Of a DNA stretch of 64,000 nucleotides, positions 1 to 13,253 are shown piece by piece (positions within the stretch are counted from its first letter, which is position 1; the number at the start of each line of letters is the position of its first letter). The DNA lies in NCBI GenBank assembly GCA_964247055.1, contig OZ176055.1:3658001-3722000 (forward strand), read 5' to 3'. The position numbers and the translations under genes were made by a program. The notes beneath the pieces are model-generated. The model was not told the origin of the DNA, did not search any database, and was given only the letters and a program-made list of their open reading frames with translations. The DNA comes from Paragordius varius (lineage: Eukaryota > Animalia > Nematomorpha).

Positions 1-3000
1 TTACATCATTGTAGCATTCGACATCACTTATGGTTGTTGTACCATTAAAACCGCCCATTACTATAATCATATCATCCACTACCTATCATATAAATAAATG
101 ATCTATATTTCTCAAATTTTTAGAAATTTATTTCCGCTTATTACAAATATTTTTATTAGTAATCTTTTAAAAATATCATATGTCATGTTGTGAGTATTAT
201 AATTTAAGAGTTTAATATAAAATGTGTTTCACAAAATTCTATTTAATTTTGAAGAAAATCAAATTATTCAAAAAGCCTGCGGTGATAAAAATGTTTAGCA
301 ACCTCGAATTATTATAAAAAGTCTTTTAAAAATGTCTCAAAATATACCTCACATGCAAAGTTGCTTCTCGCTTGAACCATCATTTTTGCGTTTTCCCATG
401 TCTTTGTATCTGGGTCATATTTTTCAACAGATGATAGCCTATTGATGCCATTGAATCCACCCAAAGCATATATTTTTCCATGGAGACAAGCAAGGCTAAG
501 GCCACTCCGTCTAACGCACATGGTCCGTATATCTATCCATTTTTTCGTGTCAGGATCATAATATTCGGCAGACGATAAACAATCCGTCCCATTAAAACCG
601 CCTGCAATGTAAATTTTACCATTGCAAACAGCTGCGTTGGCATCACTCCGCTGATGGTTCATGGGTAGGATATGGGTCCATTGATTCGTTTCTGGCGTAT
701 AACATTCGGCCGTATTTAACCGGGCCCGTCCATCGTATCCTCCCATAGCATAAATTTTATTGTTGAGTGTAACTACACTAACATAACATCTGGGACTATT
801 CATACACCCAATCTCTACCCATGGATCCTTGGTAGGTGATGTAGATGCAGTCGACCTGGTGGAAACATCATTATTTTGTGAGCTATTATTATACATAGGA
901 TCATAAGATTTAAAATCTTGATTGATATAGTTCATTTTTGCCCGGCTTGTCGTATTTGTTTGGATCGTAGACAAATCTAACATTTTACACGAACTAAAAT
1001 ATTGGCTCCCATTAAATCCCCCAATCATATATATTTTAGCATCAAAACATACCAACCCATGATAAGCCCTACTTTCAGAACTTTCAATTTCGGGTAAACT
1101 GATCCATTTATCAGCTCGAACATCATAAACTTCGATTTGAGAAACGGGACTCCCTTCACTCCATCCTCCAACAGTTAAAAGAACGCTGGATGAAATGCGA
1201 GGCGTATAAAACTTATGGCATAAATTGGTGGTTATCCCAGTATTTCTGTTATTCAAATACGACAGGGTAGGTTGATCTTTGTCAAATTTCGTATCATCGT
1301 TAGTAAAATCTGGTATTGCCAATTTGTTTGCTTTCATACAATTTGTTGATGTTGAGCTTACCCTTGAATTACTAAACATATTGGAAATGGATAGTATACA
1401 TTAAAAAAATCGTAAAGATTATCGATTTATTATATATGAAATGATACCGCTAAACCAATTTTACCAATATATCTTTATGTTTTATAACAAATATATGGGC
1501 CGCCTAAAGACTCTGGAAAAGGAATGTGGAATCTGGTTTTGTAATTATAAAATGAAATAAACACTATTGCAACCGATTCTTTAATATGACACCGTACATC
1601 AAAAAATATTTTGATAAAAAATATAAATATAAATTTTTTTATTAATATGTATAAAAATGGTCGTGATAAATATTATATTTTGTTTTTTTTATTAAACGGT
1701 AAAATTGAAACTAAACTGATTTCCTCCATGTTTTTCTTTTTAAAAATTTTATTTTATCCATTTTTTTGGAGTACTTGATGGATATCATTACAAGATTATT
1801 CAAAAAGCTTATAAGATTAACCTTTTTTTCTTATGTACGGTCGTCCTTTTAGTAATACTATTTACGGCAGCTCTCCATTTCTCTTTGGCGCCACCATGTT
1901 TGGCCTGGTTGTTACCATTATTGTTATTATCAGCGCTTCTTCGGTAAACTAAGCCTTTGTACTTTTTATCGGTTTGCGATTTGGTAGAATCATTACCACA
2001 CTGTATATCAGCATCATTTATCTTTATGGTATACAGATCATATAAATGGCTAAAAATTTCACGGATAAGTGCATGTGTAACACCATAATTTCTCGTTACA
2101 TAAGGACACGCTTTAACTTTTTCGACAATGTATTCGGCATCCATTGTCCCATATCTGACCCAAGGCAGGAGACTCATTAGGTAGGATTCTCTTTGCCTTT
2201 CATCATATTGGATCCATTTAACGATGCCCTCAAAAGCTAATTCCTCGTGCATTAAATCCAACTCGTCAGCCTTTAGGAGGTTAATTAGGCTAGGGGCATT
2301 TAATGTCGTTAACGCATGACTATCATTTACAATGTTCTAATAAATCATAAAATATAAATGAAATATTTTTAAGTTAGGGAAACTGAATTTATCTTGGCGG
2401 AAAATTTTATCTTTAATCAAGCAAGAAAGCAGAGACGAGAGACGGACATAGTTTAGCCTAATCGCAAAAGATTAGCATTCGGTAATTTAGAGGAAAGTCA
2501 AATAGGGGGTATATATAGCAGCTTAAAAACATCTCATATTCATTATATATTTTTGTTTTAATAGATTATCATATATTGTTTTTGCAAAGTATAGTGGCAT
2601 TAAAGGATTGAACCTGCAAAAAGCAAATTAATAATTTTTATTCGATCTTCGAATGAATGATCGCAATAAGATTGATTAGACACTTACTGCATTTGTGCAT
2701 TTATGTTAAAACCATTTTGGGAATGATAATTAAAGTTTTATTTTGGGCTATTGCGCTTGACTAGTCGAAAATTGAGTGTAATAAAAAGTATAATAATAAA
2801 AAATACGTTAAAATTTTTCAACATATAATTCCAAGCTTGTTGCTCCAAAATCGTATGCATAGTATTTTTTCCAAAATGGTATATATCGACGCAATTGGTT
2901 TCATCCATGTGTTGAATTATAAAAGCGGAACAAAAATTTGCTATATCAGTGCATCCATATTTATCAGCTATTATGAATATTTCCTGCACATGGTAATTAA

Positions 3001-4002
3001 AAAAAAAACTAAATCTTTAGAATATGTGGATTAACTGAATATCGTCATAGTTATAAACGGTACTTGTATTGGATAATTTGAATATGATATGTTTATTGAT
3101 TTATTTAAAAATGAATTATATAATTATGATTATTCTTGAAAAAATTTCTAAAATACCTGAATGTTTTAGTGTAAAAAATATTTTTTCAACTATATCAAAA
3201 TATGAAACAAGGAATTTCAATTAATATGAAGTCAAAATACATTTTATTAAGGCGTGGAAATGACACGGCTTAAAACCAACCGATCGCTATGAGATTTACC
3301 GTTTTCGATAGGTAGAACCAATTTTCTTGGTTAAAATTTTTAAAAACCACCCTGTGCCCAATTTAATATTTTTAAAATCATAGTCTTATTTCAAAATTAA
3401 TTACACCTATGATCAGTTAATTTTTTATCAGGTTTCAAAGACCAGATTTTTACAATCTAAAAATATTAAAATAGTGAAATTAGGGATTATTCAAACATAT
3501 TGTCCATGTCTACCTGAGCATTGTGAATATTGATTTTGAAATCTGGATAATAGCAAAATTTTAGGATATATTCCATTTCCTTTTTCGTCATGTATCGGAG
3601 TTCATAAATATCGCACCAGTCACCATAGTTGTGAGGGGCTTCAAATTCAAACATAGCTTTAAAGTATTCCGAATTCAGAGCTAGAATAAATTTATGGACT
3701 AGATAGGATTGTTCTTCTACCTAATACATTATTTAAATTAAAATGACAAATAATTAAATATATCGGTTTTAAGAGCTTTTAAGACTTTTATAGACCCATT
3801 CAACTATAACGGTTCTTAAGAATGTTAAAAAAACATGGGCAAATCTAATATTATTAATATAAAAAGATTTTCTTTTTGCCGTAAAGAAATAAACCTGTAT
3901 TTTAAGATCACAAAATTCCTTATTCAACCGCATCTCATTCCATTTTGGATTAAAATCGGACTTCTTGGGAGGGATAGCCGAAGATTTTGGCCTAATTTCC
4001 AT
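1..4002 (-). CDS. KLHL10: Kelch-like protein 10-like (BTB-BACK-kelch Cullin-3 adaptor); 3' end lies outside the window
   Basis: Exons 4002-3895, 3720-3514, 2983-2807, 2336-1822, 1371-348 and 82-<1, all GT-AG and frame-consistent. BTB: VHKFILALNSEYFKAMF. BACK: AWNYMLKNF...LLKADELDLMHEELAFEGIVKWI. Kelch repeats: YTPRISSSVLLTVGGWSEGSP, YAMGGYDGRARLNTAECY, SNFACE|VVDDMIIVMGGFNGTTT. These match KLHL10-type motifs (GGWSGGSP, VVDDLLFVVGGFNG). Family is certain; the paralogue call is less so. Confidence 0.8.
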
Positions 4003-4295
4003 TCAATTAGATGCTTATGAAATTTTTTTTTATACCATTATAATGATAAAATTATAATCTAATCTAATTTTAATTGTTGTTATAAATATTTAATTTCACG
4101 TCAAAATTGGTACTTGTTCATTTCTATTCACGCAAATTTAATGTAATAGGTTTAATTTTATAAAATTTTATTGAAGAAGGATTCAATATTATACAGAATA
4201 AAATTTAAGTACATTTTATATTTGAGCAGTTTTTATTTAAATACATTTGTGAGTTAACAGGAATATATACATTTTAAAAAAGCAGACGATTCGTA
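4003..4295. promoter_or_regulatory. Putative bidirectional promoter between divergent start codons (KLHL10-like and the coiled-coil gene)
   Basis: Only 293 bp separate the minus-strand ATG at 4002 from the plus-strand ATG at 4296. Inferred from geometry only; no motif identified. Confidence 0.4.
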
Positions 4296-7200
4296 ATGGA
4301 AAATTTTGAGGAGTTGATTGATGTCGAAAATCATAAAAATAGCAAATTGATTCGGAATATTGATGTTAAAACAAAGCGCTTGGAACATCTAAAAAGTAAA
4401 ATAGATAAATATCGTTGTGAATATCAGGAATTAAAAGTATGTATATATCATCTTAATCTCAGAAAGAAAATGATCATATAAATAAATTATGTCTTAAAAA
4501 TGAAACTTTGTTGCATAATTGGGAGAAACAAATCGATCAATTAAAACAATCAATGTCTATACTTAAACTCAGTAGTCCGTCGCAAAAAATTAAGGAACTT
4601 AAAGAAAAAAGTTTGAAATATAGATTTTTGTAGATAATTTTCAAAGAAATGAATTCGACGAATTAACAAGCAATTACAGAAAATTGTTTCTGTCTGATAT
4701 AACCTTAAACCAAAAAAGAATAGTTAAAATTATGAGAGAAAAAGGTTATGTTTTTAGTCATATATTTAGCGGAAAAAAACAATCATAAGTACCAGACTTT
4801 TATAATGCTAGCGATGAAAGTCACGGGATGTAAGGTAAGTAAAACAAAGGAAAATGATTTTGGAATAAACGCTCTAATTTCAACCCTAAATGAACAATTT
4901 AATTCTCAAATTTACATCGCACCAGATTTAAATAAGTCAATATGTGTTGTTAGTCCAGAAAAGAGGTATGCTTTTTAAATTGCCTAAAATATAAGAATGT
5001 TTATAATGAATGGTATTTATAAACGTTATTTTAATATTAGCCTTTATAGTCTTTGTGGCAACACATTTAATTTATATTACAACTTATTAAGGTTAACTAT
5101 ATAATTGTATCTGGATTGGATCATTAGGCATCAAATTTTTTACCCTTTTGGCATTACAAATTTAGTTGTCGATAAAGTTTTTTTAAAAAAGTGTCTTAAA
5201 AACATTGTTGATCGGATCCTTTAAGAAGGTCAAATATAGAGGCTCATTTCAAAACGTTTCAATATTTCTTGGTATGTATGTGGCCATTAGAAATTTTGGA
5301 TTCTATACGTTTTCCAAATAATTGTTGTATAAAACCTCCGTTTTCCGGAAAATTATATTTTTAGCCATCGATATAACATGAAACGAAATCTTGGTACTAA
5401 TCAAAGAGCCCTTGCATACAGAAGAATATTGATATAATTGATTTTAAATATATATGTTTTCCGTAAAATTACTTAAATTTACATTTTTATACATATACTT
5501 TGGTACGCATCCTACGTACAGTATGCAATGAATTTTACAAAAAAATTTAACTTGAATATAAAGAGACCAATTTATTAATTTAAAAGATTTACCGGATTGT
5601 GGCTCATATAAGGATTTGCGGATTTTTTTATAATTTTAATCGATCGTTTGTTAATATTATTTTTAAAAAATAATAAGGCTGAAGCCAATCTTTTTAATAA
5701 ACAAGGATCATATATATCACAATTCATTCATTATTTTAATATTTGGGTTTAATATAATACTTTAATAAAAAGTGTCAGAATCAATTTGAACTATTTTATA
5801 ATCATAAGCTAGTTATCATTTATTGTAGGAAAGAAGATGTGTTTATGAATAAAAAGGTGGTAGCCACAGCAATAGTAGCACCCCAGCCCACCCAAAACTG
5901 TGAAAATACTCAACACTACCAGTCTCAGAATTGTAAAAGTCCTAAAAAATTGGATAATGCACATGATGCACATATCACTCCTGATAAATTTAGTAATGAA
6001 AATATAAATCTTGACCAAACAACCGAATTGTTTAGCGAAAAGCCTTATAACGATTACTCGGTTCCTATACATTTTAATGAGCAACAAGACACAGAAGGTG
6101 AAATCATTAGTATTAAAGTAGATGATGTGGCTCGGGATTGCAGCTGATTATTAAACTTCAAGAGTGTCCTTTAACACATCAAGATGATCCCACTTCAAGA
6201 TTATACCTTAACATTTCAAGTGTCTTTAAACTATTTAAATTGGTCCTTGAACACTTCTAATTGGTGTTTAATTTTTAGCCTTGCCTAAAAATCTAACATC
6301 AGTTTATATCTCAAAATTTAATTGCAATAATATTTAATTATTATATATTATCATAAAACGTTAACCTATTTATTATAAAAACGCAATTAAGTTTTTATAT
6401 CAATGTTATATCGAAACAATAATTTAAACAAACACCATTTTTTATTTTTTTTATAAAATATATTTATTGGAAATGGCAATAATCACAAATATATTTAATA
6501 TATAATGATTTTTATAAGCAATGTTAGATTAAAAATTGGAATAAAAACCTGAATTAAATTTTTAAAATAAATAGATGTTTTATATAGCTAAAATTATAAT
6601 TAAAAATACTATTACATATAAAAATTTTGAGCTAAAAATCGATAAAATTTATAAACCTGCTATTTTAATTGTTTAGAGTTTTGGCAAAGTTAAAAAGTTA
6701 AGGACCACCTTGAAGTGTTCAAGGACACTCTTGGAAGTAAATGGCATATTAGGGAAGTTTTCCGATTGGCAGTGACAATTATTCTGTATCATATCTTTTC
6801 TTTAAGATCCGGTTCTGAATTGAAACCGCCTTGAAATTAAACAAGGCCAATTTTTAAGATTCCTAAAACCTAAATGCTTAAATATAACCGAAATGGATTT
6901 CTATATTTATTGATAGCATAGGATAATAAATTGGACTATAGATTAACTACCCATAATGAGTAATATTATAATTTTTTACCTACAATAATTAAAGCAGTTT
7001 AATGAAAAAATTGAAATTAAATTTTGCATATATCAATTTAGAAAATGTTATGGAGACAAGTGATGACCTATTCAATTTCGACAGGTTTAATAATAGTTGT
7101 TAATATAAATGAAGTCAAAAGCATAAAGAATACAAAAAACGGTTATTTGAGTCTCAATCTTATGGGACGAGCTTCTATATGGCTAAGAAAATATTTGATG

Positions 7201-8734
7201 TCAGACCTTTACAAACAGAAGGTATAAAAGATGCACAACCAGAAGAATTCATTTTTGGAAGTAATTTTAAATTCATTTAACCTTTATATTCACCATATGC
7301 ATTGATTTAAGATTGAAAATAAGGTTACTGATTAAATTAAGTTGGGTCAAAATGTAATTAGTAGGGATTGTAGCTAACGTTTTTGTTTCCGGTTTTGATT
7401 AAAAAAAATAAATTTAAGTGATTTTTTTGGGTGGTGTTAATAATTTAATGTACATATAGCCTAATTATTACAAATAATTAATTGGCACAATAATATGAAT
7501 ACATAAGGCCTAAATTGCAGTTTTTATCTTTAATTGCCAAAAAATATATTTTTATTTTAATTGATGACACTCCATATTGGAAAATAAGATTTAAATTGTA
7601 TTTCAATCGAAATGCAGAGATTAGAATTAAAACGGTTTTGAAACCGAAAATATTTTCTTTTTTGGCGTAAAACCAAATCAAAATTTATTTATTTCTTTCT
7701 TTCGATTTTTAATGGAATTTTAACCTTTGAAATATATTGTTCTTAACACAAAAGCAAAATTTGATTTTTGGAAGGAATGGAGCATACAAATGTATTGAAA
7801 GCGAAATGTGTAATATTTAAATAAAAAACAATGAATCCAAACCTCACAATTTTTTCGCTTCTGATCCCTCTGAACAAAATATAAAAAACTTTTGTATTGA
7901 AACTGCGTCACCAAACTTTTGTTCCGGTTTAAATTTCCAGAGAATAATATAAAGCCTGTCTTTGGCTATATATGTAAACCAATTAAACATGCAGTACGTA
8001 AAACTCGGCCTCAATTTAATTCCTAAATAATGATAAAACCTTGTTGCCATTAAGTATTATCTACTAGGTTTTTGCCATTAAAGCTGCTTATTCTACCAAG
8101 ACATTTTTTGGCAATATTATACAATTTAATAACCGTATTAGCAATTTATACATCTATTATGATATAATTTGCTAAATGATTTAATATTAACGTGTCGAGT
8201 TATTTCCATACGCAGTTAAGCTTGATTTATGTATATGGATTAATAAAAACGAAAAACTTTATATAAATTTAAATATAGTTACTTTCAAATGAAATAAAAA
8301 CCTAGACGTTTCGCAAAACTGTAATATGTTATCGTCTTCAGCCTAGATATGCTTGGGCCAACCAAATACTTAAATATTTTAAACTAAAATAATTTATACA
8401 TATTTGCCTTATAGAGACAGATTCGGCTTTCGAATCCACAAAAACATTCAACTTTATGGATCTCAACACAACAGGTGATATGGATAAATTTGATGGAGCA
8501 TCTACCAAAATGAATGATGGTATGTTTAATTTTGGTGGTGCGAATGTAACACAAGAAACAATGCCCCAGGACGAAAATACGAATAATCAATTCAATTTTA
8601 GCTTTGGTGTGCATCATCAACCAGATATGATGAATAATAGCTTCAACAATGATTGTTCATTTTTTAATTTTGGAAACTCGAAAGAAGTCGAAAAACCATC
8701 AACATCCGGAAGTGGTTTCGCATTCGCTTTTTAA
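4296..8734 (+). CDS. Uncharacterised 474-aa protein with N-terminal coiled coil and C-terminal Phe/Asn-rich FxF tail; possibly SIX6OS1/C14orf39-like
   Basis: Nine exons: 4296-4436, 4463-4610, 4634-4744, 4770-4965, 5041-5091, 5829-6097, 7042-7084, 7115-7260, 8415-8734. Total 1425 nt = 475 codons, open from ATG to TAA with matching phases. This joins five separate ORF-track fragments. Ends ...FNFSFG...GSGFAFAF. The 7085-7114 intron and the start codon are tentative. Confidence 0.7.
6156..6737. mobile_element. Degenerate MITE-like element in an intron of the coiled-coil gene
   Basis: About 35-bp imperfect terminal inverted repeats: cttcaagagtgtcctttaacacatcaagatgatcc at 6156 versus ggaccaccttgaagtgttcaaggacactcttggaag ending at 6737. 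No clear TSD. Confidence 0.45.
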
Positions 8735-9063
8735 ACATAGTTGCCAAATTTCACAAAAACTTTTCAAAATACTTGTTTAAAACATTTATAAATTGCCAAA
8801 TAAATATATGTATATAATTTATATATATAATTAGTTAATTTTTTAACACACGCTAATCAGTAAACTATGAATCCTGTAAGCACCGAATTAAAACATATCT
8901 AAGTTTAAAAAACAAAATTATAATGTCAATTAAGGCTTCTTTATAGCCTATCCTACCACAAGGTTTTAAGGTAAGGGCCCATAGTTCTGCTACTGGCACT
9001 AAATCTAACAAACTATAAGCAATTTTTTCGAATCGAACCTAATTTCTATTTAATAGAATATTA

Positions 9064-9066
<3 letters not shown>

Positions 9067-9096
<30 letters not shown>
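9067..9096. repeat. (AT)n microsatellite
   Basis: About 15 AT units. Similar tracts occur near 9909, 18764, 25893, 38866 and 39894. Confidence 0.9.
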
Positions 9097-9098
<2 letters not shown>

Positions 9099-9523
9099 AA
9101 TATATGATTAGCAAGTTATTTTAATCCAAAAAACTGATCTAAATTATTTTATTTTTTACCGCCATCCTAATGATTGGGTAAATATTTTTTGACGCATGAA
9201 AGCTAATAATTGTGAAATTTAGACTAAAAAATAATTGAAGGGTCTTTGATATCATCATCATTCTTGAATACTTAATAACGAGTGTCTGATATTTTTTTCT
9301 TCCATGTTTTGCCGTTGTAGGCGTCTTAAAAATAAATTTTTCGTTCCCCAGATTTTTATGATTGTTTTGTGGCATGATGACGAACTGGTAGAGCTTTTGA
9401 ATATATTTCAAAAAAATCTATTAAAACTTTCGATACCTATGCGCTAAAATTGTCAAAAAACAAGAAATAGTTAATATTAATATTTTATAAATTAAAGTTT
9501 TAAATATCCTATATAATGAATTA

Positions 9524-9855
9524 TACCATTGACAGCTCAAATTTACCCTTAAACAATTCAAATTCACCCTCGAACAATTCAAATTCACCCTTGAACAATT
9601 CAAATTCACCCTAAAAATAAATTATGTATTTTCGAACTAATATAACTCGTTATTAATGAGAAATATATCATTATGGCATAGTTTATTATTTTTTCAGTAT
9701 TAATTAAATTTAAAACAAAATTTTTATTTTTTAAAAATATATAAAAATATTGGGTAATTTTTAATCTAAAAACATATAATTTATTTGAGGGTGAATTTGA
9801 ATTGTTCAAGGGTGAAATCGAATTGTTTAAGGGTGAATTTGAATTGTAATTGGTA
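9524..9855. mobile_element. MITE family A, copy 1 (TIR TACCATTTACAG..., subterminal ~21-bp repeats AATTCACCCTTGAACAATTCA)
   Basis: Tandem aattcaccc(t/c)tgaacaattca units on the left are mirrored as gggtgaatttgaattgtt on the right. TA-flanked ends suggest a Tc1/mariner-type origin. Homologous copies at 19677 and 24124. Confidence 0.75.
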
Positions 9856-9966
9856 TATATTATGTTTTCATTAAAATATGTAATTCTTTATAAAAATTTA
9901 TTATACACTATATATATATATATATATATATAAGAGAGTTTATGTTACAATAGACTAATTTAAAAT

Positions 9967-12481
9967 TCAATGGTGATTGGGAAGACTAACAATTATTGGC
10001 ATTTCATCTGGAATACATCGAGCACTTTTAAAATTAAAACCCCTTTTTTTGAGATAATGTTTGAAATTTTTGGCGCGATGGACTAATTTTTTCCATTCAT
10101 CACTAATGGGTAAATTATTACGCAAAATCTCTTCGTCGGTACTTGTGATATTTTCAAAAAATCTATTATAGTAAGAAAGTGTGAAATTAAAGAATGTATA
10201 TATTAAACGGCGTATTTCCTACTTAAAAATTGTCACTTCAATAGAAATCATCCATATTATTTGTAACTTTAATATTTTATTTTTTATAATATGATTTAGC
10301 TTAAATGCAATCTTTTCAGCCAAAAATATCCGGGAAAAATTTTAGATATAATTATTTCAAAAATTAATTGTACTATAAAAGAGGTAGAGCAATCATATTT
10401 AAATATATTTGATATTTTAACATATACAGATTCAAAATAATATAAATTGTTTTTCTGAATAAAAACAAAAATCTCATTACTTATATTCATAACAGAAAGC
10501 ATCTTAAACATTTTATATATCCTCACTATGATACAACACGTTCATTAGTCCTTCAATTCAAATAAGGGAAGTTTGACATCCCAGACTTGTTTAAAATTAA
10601 ATATTTTAAAAAATATGGAATAAATTGAAACCATGGCAAAACTTTGACTTATTTAACATTAATAAACCGAAATATAATAAAAAATTCATTCAAAAAACTT
10701 TATATTAGTTATTTAAAGGTAAAACCTAAAGATAAAAATTTGAGCATAATATGTGTGCGTAAGCTAAATATAAAAATAATGCAAAATATACCACTTTTTC
10801 TGTTTATATCAATGTTATGTGTGATTTAATAAAAAAGTAAACTTAATTTCAGGCTTAGAATCAAAAACGATATTTTGCAAAAATTTATAAAATAAAAATG
10901 GCGGCGTCCGAGTAGTTTGATACGGAACTTTCCAAAACTAAATTTTATTTAGATTTGGCTTATTTATATAATTTTTTTAAGATAGAAGCATATATTTAAA
11001 TTGGAACCGTTTCTTTCAGTAGTTTAACTATCAACTTAAATATTGTCCGAGGTACTTAGATACCCCAATTTGAATCGAATGGTTAACATTACACAATAAA
11101 AATTTTAATTTGGTTAAGAGTATGCTAATAAAATATTAGGAAGATCCGAATACATACCTGTTTAGCGAAGTTATTAAAAAGTTTTGTGTGGGATCTTCGG
11201 TGATATCAACGAAAAAATCAGGAGGTATTTCCTGAATATGGTAATAGAGAACACTGATGAAACCGGTAAAGAACGAGGTAATGGCTAAATTTTTGAGACC
11301 CGCCTCGCAACTGCAAACTAATAACACAATTCTTTTCCATTGATCAAAGGATTCATAATGGTGCCCATACATGAAACAAATAAATGCATATTGCAATTCA
11401 CCTAATAAATATAAAATATTTGTTATACAGTCAAATTATTATAAAGACAAAACATAAAAAATGAAATTTTCAAAAAAGACAACCTAATCCCTATTTTTTC
11501 AAGATATAAAACATCATTTTGGGTTTTAACTTAGATAATGGAGATTTTAATTGTTTTTATACGCCCAACCATTTAATTTTGAATTGCAATTTAGTTTATT
11601 AAATAATTAATCTACTTACATGCTTGAATTATATGTTTAACCAATAATAACTTACCTAACAAATCATAAGACACTACAGAAGAACGATCTTTTTGACATG
11701 TAGGCAGGATATATTTTTCTAACGTTAAAGAAGTATCCATGTTATGTTGGGATATTTGAGAGGGTGTACATTCATTTGGATAAGCATAACATTTTTTGTT
11801 GGATAAATCGGTATATTTTATTATGTAATCCTCGGATGTATTTTGTATTTGAGAATCAGTGCTGACTGTAGCATCTTCGTCGACTATTTTTTGAAAAAGA
11901 TAATTTCTTTAAAATTATATAAATTAAAAAAAATTAAATGAAATACTTTTTATGGTTGATTTAAATTGTTGTGGCGTAAAATCAGAATTGGCCGAAATAT
12001 ATCTCGGATTAACGCGATTAAATACATCTTCATTTATGTAATTTGTAAGAGCTGTCCAAGGTTTTAAAATTTCGTATGGATAAGCGCCTAGAAATTTATC
12101 TAGAGATTGATAATCGTTTTTATAATTTTCTTTTTCCTCTTGAGACAGAATTAAATCCTCCAAAACTAAATTATATTTAAATTTACTTTCTTCTTTAGGA
12201 TTCCATTTTTTAAAAAGCCATTCTTTCTCTTTAAACAAGTGAAAGAATCCAGTTCTTATCGAATGATTACCGTATTTATCTGTTGAACTATATTTTTAAA
12301 ATCATGTAAAAAACCTGGAAAATATAAAATGTATTCCGGGTGGAATAAGTTTAATACCCTTGAAATTTTTATCTGTATACCAACATTTTTTATCTATTCC
12401 AAAAGTTGATTGAACAGGCACATCAATACATATAAGTGTTGCAGAATGGGATGAAAGGGCAGAAGCAAGGTTTGGATTCAT
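9967..12481 (-). CDS. AAR2: AAR2 homolog (U5 snRNP/Prp8 assembly factor), 391 aa
   Basis: Exons 12481-12315, 12287-11947, 11883-11656, 11401-11158, 10162-9967 (1176 nt, in frame). Motifs: FGIDKKCWYTDKNFKGIKLIPPGIHF, FLGAYPYE, ISQHNMDTS, LLGELQYAFICFMYGHHYESFDQWKRIVLLVC, FFVDI...NFL, C-terminal PIIVSLP. Confidence 0.93.
10524..11086. mobile_element. MITE family B copy (piggyBac-like, TTAA end) in AAR2 intron 4
   Basis: Left ...agtccttcaattcaaataaggg and right taccccaatttgaatcgaatggTTAA. The body is homologous to 26955-27535 and 54310-54800. Confidence 0.65.
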
Positions 12482-12841
12482 GTCATCTGTTCACTTTTTT
12501 TGTTATTTAAAAGGCGTGAAAAAGTTGGCTTTTGGAGAATAAAAAGGCATTTGTTTGGGTAGATTGTTTCACAAAACTGATTTATTGACCATTTGATAAT
12601 TTTTATACATCCATCGCCAAAAATCTTTTCATAAATATACTAAGGTTTTTTATTTATCTATAATTTCTCAGGCCTTTGTTTTTTTAATAAGAGTTATCCT
12701 AGTCATAATTAGAAAAATGAAATCGTATTATTATCACCTATATTTCAATTTTGAATTCAAAATATATTGAGTTTACGAACGCTGTCCCGGAAATGGTCGA
12801 AATAAGTTAAATAGTTATGAGGCAGTACTAAACATGAAATG

Positions 12842-13253
12842 CCATGGTTCCCAACCTTTTTTTGTTCAAGCCCCACCAAATTGAAAACAAAAATTCTTGG
12901 GCTCCAAAAAAATTATAGATAATAATGTAAAATATATTTAAAGGTTGTTAACACTATAGTTGGCCAATTTTCAGCAGTAGTGTTTTGAAAAAACAACAAA
13001 ACGTTTGTTGAAGAATCAATTTTTTTTCTTTTTTATACACTCTTGTGTTGCATATTCCCCTAAGTGCTAAATAAGCAACCATTAAAATGCATACTAACAA
13101 CAAATGTGATCTTTATATCTGCTTTTTGTGAAATATCTTTTCCATATCGGGGAAAAATCTTGATGATTCGCACATAAAATCCTTTAATTTGTTTATAGAT
13201 TTTTTTTTAATTAAATTCTCCAAATTTTTCGCGCCCACTTTTAAGAATCACTG
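12842..13253. mobile_element. Degenerate hAT (Charlie-like) MITE
   Basis: Ends ccatggttcccaacctttt and cccacttttaagaatcactg resemble the CAGTGGTTCCCAACC/GGTTGGGAACCACTG termini of Charlie-type elements. No clean TSD. Confidence 0.4.

Noticed and set aside
6098-6147. Apparent stop ending the 5839-6147 ORF as a separate gene
   Set aside because: A phase-1 donor at 6098 joins in frame to the exon at 7042, so the ORF is an internal exon of the 4296-8734 gene.
9535-9612. Short tandem ~21-bp repeats that could be mistaken for a CRISPR array
   Set aside because: No unique spacers, mirrored at the other end of the element, and in a eukaryotic context; they are MITE subterminal repeats.
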